A DNA stretch of 64,000 nucleotides from NCBI RefSeq assembly GCF_000142905.1, contig NW_013657653.1:228392-292391 (forward strand). The letters are read 5' to 3'. The notes under the pieces are model-generated. The model was not told the origin of the DNA and made no database searches. It saw only the letters and a program-made list of their open reading frames with translations. The position numbers were made by a program, and so were the translations under genes. Shown in pieces: positions 18,820-29,737 of this stretch (position 1 is its first letter; each line of letters starts with the position of its first letter). Source of the DNA: Thecamonas trahens ATCC 50062. Lineage: Eukaryota; Protista; Apusomonadida.

Positions 18820-21800
18820 ATGGTATGTGTGTGGCAGCGGGAGGGAGAGCGGGAGCGGGGGGGGGTGAACTTAGCAGGCATAAGGAGGGGAGGAGGGGAG
18901 GATGGGGACTCATGGCTTGTCGGGTTGGGTGTGTGTGGTTGGGCGGGTGGCCAGAGCACACGCCCAGCTCCCTCGCTGGATCCTGCCGAGTATGAGCGCT
19001 ACCTGGCTCTGCTGGCCGAGCGGTCGCGCCTGGTGAGCAAGCTTAAGGAGGCCGAGATGGATCCAGAGACCAAGGCTCGGGAGAAGGCGTTCTCCACCTA
19101 CTTTTCTGGTGCGCATGCTGAAGCTGCCCCCTCTGCGGCAGGAGGCGGAGGATGCGCGAACGGCGCGGCGCGGAGCTCGCCGCCGCGGCGAGCTGATGCA
19201 CCGTCGGCGGGGACGACCGCGGGCGGGCGGCGGCGCAAGGCATGGGGGACACCGCAGGCGCCGGTCATTCTCGCGCCCGAAGCCGGTCAGGCCTCGCCGC
19301 GGGTCAAGGCCCGGGTGCGGACAAGGACCAGAAAAGTGCGGCGGGGAGGGGGCGAGCGAGCGGGCAGAGCCGGCGGCGCCGCTGCCGGTCTTCGCTCACA
19401 GTGGCAACGCGACTCGCTGCACATTGCCGGGCCGGGTGGAAAGGCTATCCATGTCTCCAAAGCGCAGTCGGCGCGGGCACTGCTGCAAGCAGGTCCGCTC
19501 TCGACAGAATCAGGTTCGGGCTTGGGCTCGGACTCGGATTCGGGCGCGAGCTTGGGGTCTGGCGACTCCGAGTTGGAGGCCGTCTCGGGCACCGGTTCGT
19601 CGTCGCGCGACATCGAGGCCAACGTAGCTGCCAAAGTTGCGGCCCTTTCTTCGTCCAAGCAGCGAATGGTGGTTCGGCTGCTGGATCGGCTGGCGGACCT
19701 GGACATCGAATCGGAGACGTCTGGCGACGGAGACGTGCGGTCGTCGCTCGACCTATTGCAGCGGCTGCTGGCGTCGGCGCGGTCGCCGGCGCGGTCGCCG
19801 GCAGCGCGGTCGCCGGCAGTGCAGTCACCGGCTGGTGTGGCTGAGACGGTCGACCGGTCACCGCTGATGTTGCCGGTGGGAGCCGCGTCGACAGCCGCGT
19901 CGACTCCGACCAGGACGCCGTTGATGTCACCGGCGGCAACTGTGGACACGCCCGACTCGCTGGCATCGCCAACAAGGGCGGCGTCGCCGATGGCACTGCC
20001 AGCGTCGCGGCCGGTGGCGAGGCCACAGTTTGACACGCTCATCGAGTGCACACCGTTGAGGATACTTCTTTCGCGGGGAGACCAGACTACAGCCATCTCA
20101 CTTGGCAATGTCCAGCTTTTTGACGCGTCGGGACAGAGTGTGACGGTGTTGGCCGATTCGCAAGTCTCGCTCGCCGGTGTGGCCGGGCCAAGCAAGCTCG
20201 ACACTTCAGCGCTCTTCGACGAAGCTGCGCCGCAGTGGCTGGTGCCACGGGCGCGCGACGCGCCGGCGGTTGTCGTCTCGATCGCCATTCCGTCGATTGT
20301 GCCGTTGGCCTCGGTCGTGCTGACCAACTCGAACGAGGCCGCTTCGGCAGCCAGCTGGGTTGTCGTCAAATGGGACGGCCGGCAGGTGTGGTCGGGCGAG
20401 CTGGCGCTCGGCGGTAGCGCCCGGGTCAACCTCTGCGGTCCGGAGAGTGCCAAGCTGTCAGAGAACGCTGCACCTGCCAACAGGCTGGAAACAGATGGTG
20501 TGGCGGTAGAAGCGTCGGCGGCGACAGAAGCCGTGCCGGCCAAGGTTGTGGCCGCGCAAGTGTTGCCGACCGAGGTCCACAGCCTGCGGCTGATCATCCG
20601 GTCGACGCACGGCCACCGGACTCGGGTTGGGCTGACCAATCTGAGTCTTGTCGACAGCGCCGGAGTGGTCATTCCGATCGATCCAGAGCTCGACGTCGAG
20701 GTGGAGGGACTTGACCCGAGCGGGCCGGCATGGCAGGCCGCCATCACGCCGATGTTCAACGGAGTGACAGCGACATGCAGCCCGGACGACATGTGGCTTG
20801 GATGGCTGATGTCGGGCTTTGAGCCGCACGTCGAGATCACCATCTCGTATGCGTGGACCGGGCAAGCGCGCCAGCTTGTTCTCCACAACTACAACGCGTC
20901 GCTCAAGGACTCGGTCAAGTGCGTGCGCGGGCTGCAAGTCTGGCACGATCGCGAACTGGTGTGGGAGGGCGAGGTGAGCGAGGCGAAGGGCAACGCGGTC
21001 TTTCCGTACCAGCACGTTGTGGAGCTGGAGTCGGACGTGTCGGCGTCTTATGACGCGCCGTCGTCGCTGACGTTGTCTGCGACGGGAGGCTCTTCGCCCG
21101 AGCGTGGTGGGCGAGGCACAGAGTCAGCGTCGCCTGAGCAAGCGTCGCCGGCGCCGTCGCCGCCGGCGGTGTGGCAGGCGCCGATGGCATCGACTATCAC
21201 GCTCAACATCCTGTCTACCTGGGGAGATCCGTTCTATGTCGGCATGACTGGGCTGGAGATCATCGACGCCGAGACGCGGCAGCCGATTCCGCTGACAGCG
21301 AGCGCACTGGAGGCGTCGCCGGCGTCACTTAACGACCTCGACGAAGTGAGCGGCGACCCGCGGACGGTGGACAAACTTGTGGACGGCGAGGTGGCGACGC
21401 GCGACGACACGCATATGTGGCTCATCCTTTACCCCCGGCGCTGACCACATGCTGCGGATCTCATTGGCGTCGCCGCGGCCGATTGCCGGCCTCCGCATCT
21501 ACAACTACAACAAGTCTGAGGAGGACTCGTTCCGTGGTGTCAAGACGTTTGAGCTCTGGCTCGACGATGCGCCGCAGGTGTACGCGGGTGAAGCGTACGA
21601 GTGGGTGGTGCGCAAGGCCGGGGCGACCGGGACCGAGGGCGGACATCTGCTCGAGCTCAATCCGCAGCTGCGGGAGGCGCAGCTGGCTACTGGGCTCGGC
21701 GCGGAGTGCGAGAGTGGGAGCGGGAAGAACGAGGCGAGTGCGTGGCGGCGGCGTGAGCCGTTTGTGCTCCCGACGGTGGTGGGCGGTCTGGTGGTGGAGA

Positions 21801-22429
21801 TTGTGCTCCTCTCCAATTGGGGCGACCTGTACTACATGGGTATGGACGCGCTGCGAGGGTGGAGCCTCAGCGGCGAGGAGCTGGACCTCGAGGCGCTGTG
21901 CGAGGAGGTTGTGGGCACGCCGCCGGACATCAACGTGCTCGACGGGGTGTCGGATGATACGCGCGGAGCGCACAACGTGGTGGTACCGGAGGAGAAGCGG
22001 CGTGCAGGCATGTCGTGGCTGGTGCCGTGGCACCCTGCCGGCAAGGCTGTGCCGCGGCTCAAGCTTGTCTTTCCGGCGCCGGTCTTCTTCTCGTGCCTCG
22101 AGCTGGTCAACTACTCCAAGACGCCGATGCGCGGCGTGCGACACTTTCAGCTCTGGGTCGACGGCCTCCTAGTGTATGCTGGCACCGTCGACGCCGGTGG
22201 GCGGCACACAATCGGGAGGCGGCCGCAGGCAGGAGGGAGCGGCGGACCGGTGCCATCGCCGCCGTCGCGCGCCCGGCGGGCGCTCGCCGAGCAAGCTGTT
22301 GTCTTTACCAATGACAGGGTCCAAGTCGCGCGGGGCGGATCAGCGCGCTCGCTTCGGCATCCTGATGCGGTGCGGTGGAACTTGAAGGCACGGGCGGCGT
22401 CCAAGCGACCACCAACGTCACAACGGTGA
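18820..22429 (+). CDS. KATNIP: Katanin-interacting protein (KIAA0556/DUF4457 repeats), ciliary; intron 18823..18954 right after the ATG; 1-nt frameshift near 21426-21436
   Basis: N-terminal EYERYLALL...REKAFSTYFSGA; repeats ILSTWGDPFYVGMTGLEI, LLSNWGDLYYMGM, LRIYNYNKS and VNYSKTPMRGVR. MWLI(P)FTPG is restored by adding one base. Confidence 0.88.
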
Positions 22430-22696
22430 CAATCTGCGATCCAAGTGGAATGTGCAAGAGCTTTTGTGATGCTTGCGGCGAGCTGGACAGGGTGTTGACA
22501 GTGGTTGTTTGAGGGGGAAAAAAATAAAATTGGTGCCTCAACGTGGTGGCGATTGCGAGCAGTGTGGTGTGGTGGTGGTGGAGGTGGTGGAGGCGCGGCG
22601 GCCGTTGGCACATCATGTTTTTATCGTTCCGTTTCGGTGTGAAATCGTCCCGAAGATAGTGTGAACGAGGCAGGCACCCTCTTCTCCTGGACTCTT

Positions 22697-24353
22697 ATGG
22701 CCGACTCTGCCCCTATTGTGTGCTGCTGCGTTGGCGCCGGCTACGTCGGTGGCCCCACCATGGCTATCATGGCGCAGAAGTGCAACGTCAAGATCACCGG
22801 TACGTACCAGGCCTTTGCCGCACACCCGACCGGCGTGGGCTGTGGATGTGCGGTGGCTGGAGCGACGGCCGGGCGTAGCAAAAAATGCTCAGAACTTGGT
22901 TGGACGAGAAGCGGGAGCCGGCGGGGGCCCAAGGGCGGGGGGGGGGGGAGGGAGGGGGGAGGGGGCACGTGAGGGTGAGGGACATGTTGGCCACCGGTGG
23001 GGGGGAGGGGGGGGAGGCGTAACTCACGAGCGGTTGTGGCATGGCGGCAGTGGTCGACATCAACCAGGCCCGGATCGACGCTTGGAACTCGGACGAGCTC
23101 CCGATCTACGAGCCTGGACTTGACGAGATTGTCAAGGCGCAGCGTGGCAAGAACCTGTTCTTCTCGACCGAGGTGGATGCCGCCATCGAGGAGGCCGACA
23201 TTATTTTTGTGTCGGTCAACACGCCGACCAAGACGTACGGTGTGGGCGCCGGCGCAGCTGCTGACCTCAAGTACATCGAGGCCGTGGCGCGGCAGATCGG
23301 GCAGGTTGCAACGGGCAACAAGATTGTTGTGGAAAAGTCGACGGTGCCGGTGCGCTGCGCTCAGGCGATCAAGGCGATTCTCGAGCCGCATGCGCGCGAG
23401 AAGGGCCTCCGCTTCGACGTGTGCTCCAACCCGGAGTTCCTCGCCGAGGGCACGGCCATCCGCGACCTGCTTGCACCGGACCGCGTGCTCATCGGGTCTG
23501 ACCAGAACGAGTCTGGCCTCGCGGCGTGCGCGCTTGTCAAGTCACTGTACGCGCAGTGGGTGCCCGAGGAGAAGATCCTGACGACCAACGTCTGGTCGTC
23601 GGAGCTCTCCAAGCTTGTGGCCAACGCGCTCCTCGCGCAGCGGATCTCGTCGATCAACGCCATCTCGGCGCTGTGCGAGAAGACCGGTGCGGATGTGGAG
23701 GAGGTCGCGCGCGCTGTCGGGCGCGACTCGCGGATTGGGCCCAAGTTCCTGGGCGCGTCGGTTGGCTTTGGCGGCTCGTGCTTCCAGAAGGACATCCTCA
23801 ACCTGGTGTACCTGTGTGAGTGCGAGGGCCTGCAGGAGGTTGCCGACTACTTCCGGTCGGTGGTCGACATCAACACGTACCAGCGCAACCGCTTTGCCCG
23901 CCACATCGTCAACACGCTCTTTGGCACGATTGGCGGCAAGCGCATTGCGCTCTTTGGCTACGCGTTCAAGAAGGATACCGGCGACACTCGTGAGTCTGCG
24001 GCGATCTATGTGGCTGGCGAGCTGCTCAAGGAGCGCGCCCGCCTTGCCATCTATGACCCCAGGTCAAGCGCGAGATGGTGTTCTGGGAGCTCGAGCACAC
24101 GTCCGAGGCGCCCAAGGACATCGACTTTGAGTCTGTCGTGGAGTACTCGAACACCGACCCGTACGCCATTGCCAACGGTGCCCACGCTGTCGCCGTCATG
24201 ACCGAGTGGCCCGAGTTTGTCTCGGAGATTGACTGGCAGCGCATCTACGACAACATGGCCAAGCCGGCGTTCATCTTCGATGGCCGTCTCCTTCTCGACC
24301 ACGATGCTCTGCGGGCCATCGGCTTCCAGGTGTACTGCATCGGCAAGAAGTAA
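22697..24353 (+). CDS. UGDH: UDP-glucose 6-dehydrogenase; intron 22800..23050; 1-nt frameshift near 24057-24061
   Basis: [54 protein letters not shown] and [12 protein letters not shown]. After YDP the protein continues in another frame (MTEWPEF...PAFIFDGR...[10 protein letters not shown]). Confidence 0.96.
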
Positions 24354-24458
24354 GCGATTTCATACTTGCCTTGGCTCCCTCCCTTCCCAGTCAAAGTAAC
24401 TCCCTGCACAGTTTGTGGCGTCAGCGTAAACGCGGTCGTGCTTTATTGCCACAGGTTG

Positions 24459-25703
24459 CTACACCCGGGTGTGGTGCGGCGGCGCGCGCTCGTACTCTTC
24501 ATAGTCGTACGATGGCACGTCCGAGTCGCCGACCTCGGACGAGCCGCCGTAGCGTGAGGTGGCCATGGCTCTGGTCTCGGCGTCCATCATGGTTGACGAG
24601 AGGCCATTGGACCGCGAGGCGCGGAGGCGGGAGCGGCGCTGCGAGAGCGAGGTGTGGGCGGCATCGGTCCCGCCCGAGTCGGACGCCGAGCCGTCGTTGA
24701 GAGCCGAGCTCGAGGCGGTGCCCCATTCGTCAGACGACTCGACGACCTCGATGATCTTCTTGATGATTTTGGTGCCGTCGGGGCCGTCGATGACCCGGGT
24801 CTTGGTTCGCTTGTGGACCCGGGTCCGGCGCGGGGCGCCCGGAGCCGGCGACGCTGGCTCGGTCAGGCTTGCGGGTGCAGGCGTCGCCGATCGGCGGCGT
24901 CGTCTTCTGGGCGGGCGGTTGCCTCGACCGACCTCTGCGCCCGGAGTCTGTGTAGCGTCATCCTTGCGTCTAGCGCGGCGGCGCTTGCAGCAGAGGTAGA
25001 GGCAGGCGAGGAGAAGACAGACAACGATGCCTGCGGCAATGGCGGAGAGCGAGAAGGGGATGACGGTCATGCCCAGGGCGACGATGTCATCGCCGGCAGG
25101 CGGAGCCGGCGACGGTGGATCGACCACAGACACGTCGAGGCACTGGTAGTAGGTAGCATTCTGAGTGGTGTAGGCAAACTCCAGCACGCCCTCCATGAGG
25201 GCAATGGCAGCCGGAAAGGGGATCTGCATGAAGTGGTAGCCCGGGGCAGTGTCCGAGAGGACGAGCGGATTGGCAACGGGCGATCCTGAGGCAGCTGAGT
25301 CGGCGATAAAGATGGGAGTGATAAAGCCATTGATCTCAGGCTGGAAGACATACAGCGTGTAGTTGTTGAGAGTTCCACGGAGCACCTCTGTCATGGTGGG
25401 GCCCTTGCCCACATCGACGCACGGCGTCGTGTTCTCCGCCGGCAGGCCACGGACGCCCACCGTTGGCTGGGAGATGTTGAAGACAGCGTCGACCGGGAGC
25501 GGGGCGAGGGAGATGAGGACGAGGACGAGGATGAGGATGAGGGGGAGAGGGAGAGGGAGAGGGAGGGGTGACCAGTGTGTGTGGGTGGGTGGGTGTGGGG
25601 GGGTGTATGGCTGATGTGTGCGGTGGGCGTGGTGGTGGTCAGCGTGTTCCAGTGTGGCGGTGGTAAAGGCGGCAGGCCCGTCCACACGCCTCTTGCCGAG
25701 CAT
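24459..25703 (-). CDS. Single-pass type I membrane protein with small Cys-containing ectodomain and low-complexity tail
   Basis: Signal-like LILILVLVLISLAPLPVDA; ectodomain FNISQP..RG...PC...YYQCLDV; Pro linker; TM IAAGIVVCLLLACLYLCC followed by KRRR. Start uncertain. Confidence 0.7.
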   Translation of the reverse strand: MLGKRRVDGPAAFTTATLEHADHHHAHRTHQPYTPPHPPTHTHWSPLPLPLPLPLILILVLVLISLAPLPVDAVFNISQPTVGVRGLPAENTTPCVDVGKGPTMTEVLRGTLNNYTLYVFQPEINGFITPIFIADSAASGSPVANPLVLSDTAPGYHFMQIPFPAAIALMEGVLEFAYTTQNATYYQCLDVSVVDPPSPAPPAGDDIVALGMTVIPFSLSAIAAGIVVCLLLACLYLCCKRRRARRKDDATQTPGAEVGRGNRPPRRRRRRSATPAPASLTEPASPAPGAPRRTRVHKRTKTRVIDGPDGTKIIKKIIEVVESSDEWGTASSSALNDGSASDSGGTDAAHTSLSQRRSRLRASRSNGLSSTMMDAETRAMATSRYGGSSEVGDSDVPSYDYEEYERAPPHHTRV

Positions 25704-27439
25704 GATGGCAAGAGTGGCAGGGGATGGGAATGGGGCAGGAGATGGGGTGGTGTTGGTGTTGGTGGGTAGGTGAAGGGTGGGGTGGTGGTGGTGGTGGGGT
25801 GGGGTGGTGGTGGGGTGGGGTGAGCGGGTGGGGTGTGAGCGGGTGGGGTGAAGGGGGGTGAGGGGGGGAAGGGGGAAGTGGGGGAAGGGGAGGGGGCAAG
25901 TGGGGAANNNNNNNNNNNNNNNNNNNNNNNNNNNNNNNNNNNNNNNNNNNNNNNNNNNNNNNNNNNNNNNNNNNNNNNNNNNNNNNNNNNNNNNNNNNNN
26001 NNNNNNNNNNNNNNNNNNNNNNNNNNNNNNNNNNNNNNNNNNNNNNNCGATGGGGGGGGGGGGGCGAATATTGTGTGCGATGTATGGATATGGGGGGGGG
26101 GTCGGCTACAGGGGGTGGCCATGCGCATGCGTTGGTGCTCGACGAGTGGACCCGCAACGATATGGTGCCCGAGGGCGTGCGGGTGGTGCTGGTATCAGAC
26201 GGGCCAACGGCATGGTACTCGGGCATGATGCCCGGCGCGGTGGCCGGCATGTACCAGCCGGAGGAGACCCAGATGGAGCTGGCCGAGCTGGCGGCGGCGG
26301 CCAGGGCAGAGTTTGTGTGTGAGGCCGTGGTCGACACGGTTGTGTATGCTCCAGCCGAGGTGGGCGACGACGGCAAGACCGGCCACTTGGTGCTGGCGAG
26401 CGGGGCCACGCTCGGCTTCCACGTTGTTTCGTTTGACGTCGGCTCGACCACTCGCGGGGCAGAGACCGTGCCCGGCGTGGCCGACTACGCCATCGCCACC
26501 CGCCCCATTTACGAGCTGCTCGGAAAGCTCAAGGACGCCGAGCAGGCGCTCGGCGACGGGCGCGGGCGCGATGCCCCGCTGCGGGTCGTCGTCGTGGGCG
26601 GCGGCGCTGCAGGCATCGAGCTCGCGGCCTCGTACCGCGAACGGGTGGTGCGGAGCGGGCGGGCGGCACCCGAGGTGACGCTAATCACGCCTGACCCGAT
26701 CCTGCACCAGGCCGCCGGCGACAAGGCGGCGGCCGCGGTGGACGCCGCGCTTGCGGCCCGCGGCATCACCATCGTCACGTCGACAGTCGTCAGCGAGGTG
26801 GAGGCCGGGCGGGTAGTGGGCGAGCGGCGCGAGGGCGACTCGGGATCGAGCCTGGCGTTTGAGGCGGCGTACGACGTGGTGCTGTGGGCAACCGGCGCCG
26901 CACCACAACCGCTGATGGCGACAATGGCCGAGAGCAACGGGGAGCGGCTCCAGTTTTCGGACCGTGGATACTTGGCGGTCGGGTCACAGCTGTGTGTGGC
27001 CGGTGCCGAGTTTGTATTTGGCGCTGGCGACACGGTGAGCCTCACGTCGGCGCCGTGGGTGCCCAAGGCTGGGGTGTATGCGGTACGCGAGGCGCCGGTC
27101 CTTGCGCACAACCTGCTCGCGTTTGTGACTGCCAACCGCGGGCGACTGATCGGCGGCGCGCGGAACGAACCGTGGCACACCCACTCGCTCACCGAGTACC
27201 AGCCGCAGGAAGGCTTCCTCTCGCTGCTCGCGATGGGCGACGGCAGCGCGGTCGGGGTGTGGAAGGGCATGACGTTTGCGGGCTCGTGGGTGTGGCGTCT
27301 CAAAAACCACATCGATCGCAAGTTCATGAACAAGTTCCCACCGCCGGACCGGCCGGCCAGCAGCAGCGCAAGCGGGGGGGCGGCGGGAGCTCGTCGTGTG
27401 CCATCCAGTAAACGCGAGACGCTTAGCCACTTGGCGTGA
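25702..27439 (+). CDS. FAD-dependent pyridine nucleotide-disulfide oxidoreductase (NDH-2/AIF-like; the domain usually N-terminal to SelD), standalone; intron 25766..26111
   Basis: Splicing rebuilds VVLVLVG|GGHAH. Also YSGMMPGAVAG, SFDVGS, VVGGGAAGIELA, FGAGD, PKAGVYAVREAPVLAHNL and WRLKNHIDRKFM. Confidence 0.88.
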
Positions 27440-28871
27440 GCGCCGAATAGTCGGCGGCGACCTGGGCGAGATCGAGCGAGGCGAGGACGAGGTCGTCGGC
27501 CGAGACGCCGTGCTGGGCATAATGGTGGAGATAGGCGCGCGAGTCCATCATGGCGTCGGCCTTGGCCAGGAGCTTCGCGAGCGGGGCGACCGCGCCGGCC
27601 GAGTTTGTGAGGAGGGTGGCGGACTTGGCCGAGGCCGAGCCGGTAGCGCCACATCGCGAGGCGCGGACAAGGCAGCCGTGGTGCGGAGCGCCAGTCCACG
27701 GGGCATACAGCGCCGGATCGACAAACGAGGGAAGGTACGGGAGTGTGGCTGGGAGGTCGGGCCCGCGGAGGAAGAGCGCGTTGGCAACGGCGACGTTTGC
27801 GGACCGCGAGCCGGCCTTGATCCGCCAGCGGATGCCCTCCTCCATGGGCGCGTTGGCCACTAGCATCTGACGGAGGTGCTTGAGGACCTGGCCCCACGAG
27901 TTGGAGGCAAAAGCGAGTGAAGCTGGCGGGAGCTGCGGCAGGGTCTTGATGGAGAGCAGCTTGAAAGCCGGGTGCGGTGTGCAGGCGAGGAGCGGCGTGA
28001 GCGGGTCGTCGGGCGGAGCGAGAGGCGGCGGGAGAGGCGAGGCGGCGGCAGCGGTGGCAGCGCGGGCGCGGGCCTTGGGCAGCAGCGGGTTGCCAGCCGA
28101 GGCGGCGAGGTAGCGGTCGGGTATGTAGCCAAGCGAACAGTCGATGCGGGCGGTGTCAACGGCGGCGGCCGGGAGGAGGACGGCGGCGAGTTGCTTGGCG
28201 AGGACGGCGTTGAGATGGTCAAACGAGACGTCGCGGATGTTGTGCAGCTGGGTGACGACGGCGTGGGCGGCGTCGTTGGGCAGGAGCACCACGCCGTCGG
28301 AGACCGGATACAGCGAGCTGAGAGTGAGGAGGGTGTTGTAGTTCTGAACAATGACCTCGCCGGTGTCATACGGCCAGACAGCGACGTTGAACAGGGCCGC
28401 GTCTCCAAAGGCATCACGCAGGGCAGTGGTCGTCCGCGCGCCAAGGCCCGAGCCGGTCCCGCCGGCCAGCGAGTGCAGCAGCAGCAGGCCGCCGAGCGCA
28501 TCAGCAGCCTCGGCTTCGCGGCGGACGGCGTCGACGATGGCAGCCTCGGACGCGGCGCCGTGAACATGGTACCCGTACGCCCAGTTGTTGGCCGAGCCCG
28601 ACTGCTGGCACACCACAGCGTCAGCCGGGTAGTCGATAAGCCCGCTCTTCTCCGCGGCCGCCAGCGTCTGCTGCACCACCTTGGGCTCCATGTCCACCAG
28701 CACCGCCCGCGCCACCGTCCGCCCGTCGCCGCCCTCGCGCAGCAACGGTGCGCCCGTCACGCCGTCCTTGCCCACGCCCTCGGCATACGTCTGCAAGAAC
28801 TCGCGCCCGAGCTGGTTGCCCGCCTGGCCGATCTGGACAGTCACCACGGCGGGCGTCGACGAGGCGGCCAT
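27423..28871 (-). CDS. TUBD1: Delta-tubulin
   Basis: VTVQIGQAGNQLG, ARAVLVDMEPKVV, QSGSANNWAYGY, HSLAGGTGSGLG, VWPYDTGEVIVQNYNTLLTL, QMLVANAPMEEGI and RAYLHHY. Confidence 0.95.
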   Translation of the reverse strand: MAASSTPAVVTVQIGQAGNQLGREFLQTYAEGVGKDGVTGAPLLREGGDGRTVARAVLVDMEPKVVQQTLAAAEKSGLIDYPADAVVCQQSGSANNWAYGYHVHGAASEAAIVDAVRREAEAADALGGLLLLHSLAGGTGSGLGARTTTALRDAFGDAALFNVAVWPYDTGEVIVQNYNTLLTLSSLYPVSDGVVLLPNDAAHAVVTQLHNIRDVSFDHLNAVLAKQLAAVLLPAAAVDTARIDCSLGYIPDRYLAASAGNPLLPKARARAATAAAASPLPPPLAPPDDPLTPLLACTPHPAFKLLSIKTLPQLPPASLAFASNSWGQVLKHLRQMLVANAPMEEGIRWRIKAGSRSANVAVANALFLRGPDLPATLPYLPSFVDPALYAPWTGAPHHGCLVRASRCGATGSASAKSATLLTNSAGAVAPLAKLLAKADAMMDSRAYLHHYAQHGVSADDLVLASLDLAQVAADYSALTPSG

Positions 28872-29099
28872 CAGAGTGCAGTGGGGTGAGATGAGATCGC
28901 AAGTGCGGCTCAACGCACGCAAGCGCAAGGTCTGGATGGCATGTGGAGTGTGGACGGATGGGTGAGGGAGAAGGAGATTGAAGGAGGAGGGATACGATCA
29001 GGGGGGAGGGGGGGGAGGGGGGGAGGTGATTTAGTAGGTTTTGTGGAGGCGATCAGTGATCTGGAGTTTTTCAATGAGACAGGAAGAATGGGAGGCGCA

Positions 29100-29510
29100 T
29101 ACGGCCAGGGAAGCGATCATGAAGCGTGCTAGCCTCTCTGAAACAACACTCCAGTACGTGATATGGAACACAGAAGCTCCCAACGGCTCCAGTTTCCTCA
29201 CCCTGCACGCGATCCAAGGCAGGAGACGCTCTCCCTTGCTGGATCACTAGCCCCTGCGTGTGTGTAGGGTGGCGGATCACCCCTACTCGGCCCGGCTCGC
29301 GCTCACGCCGGTCCGATCCATGTCCTGACTTTTCCCCAAGGTCAGACCCCAAGTCCAGGCGCATCATGCGTGCGACGAGGCTCACGGGCAAGCTTGCGCC
29401 TAGTCGGGCCCGGGGAGTCCCTTCCTACGGTCAGGGGCTTCGTTCGACGTTCGGCCGGTCCGTAGACACTCTAGTCTACATCATTAACATTGCGATCAGA
29501 AAGCACGAGA
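29100..29510. ncRNA. Candidate structured non-coding RNA (family unassigned)
   Basis: No convincing ORF; several local and nested complementary helices (see findings). Confidence 0.3.
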
Positions 29511-29535
29511 GGGAGATCTTCAAGTAGTGTTGTAG

Positions 29536-29545
29536 TATGTATGTA

Positions 29546-29587
<42 letters not shown>

Positions 29588-29594
29588 TGTGTGT
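29536..29594. repeat. (GT)n/(ATGT)n microsatellite
   Basis: Direct observation. Confidence 0.95.
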
Positions 29595-29737
29595 GCTGTG
29601 GATAAGATGTTCCGGTCTGACACCTCCCCCTCTCCCCCTCCCCCTCCCCTCCCCCCCCCTCCGCTGCCACCTCCTCTGCCACTCTCCCTCGTCTCCGTCC
29701 ACCTGTCCCTCCCCCTGTGCACGCAGGTCACGGAAGC

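Noticed and set aside
22697-24353. Calling the frameshifted genes pseudogenes
   Set aside because: Each has a single lesion with intact motifs and codon bias on both sides.
27430-27500. Selenocysteine readthrough of the TGA ending the SelD-associated oxidoreductase
   Set aside because: The sequence after the TGA is antisense delta-tubulin and has no SelD motif; no SECIS evident.
18820-28871. Ciliary gene cluster (KATNIP, delta-tubulin) or nuclear-envelope cluster (CHMP7, Nup188)
   Set aside because: Separated by unrelated genes; compatible with chance in a gene-dense genome.
29090-29120. Minus-strand ATCGCTTCCCTGGCC (like the U2 5' end) and GCCGTATGCG (like group II intron domain V)
   Set aside because: No GUGUAGUA or Sm site follows, and the domain V 3' arm is absent.
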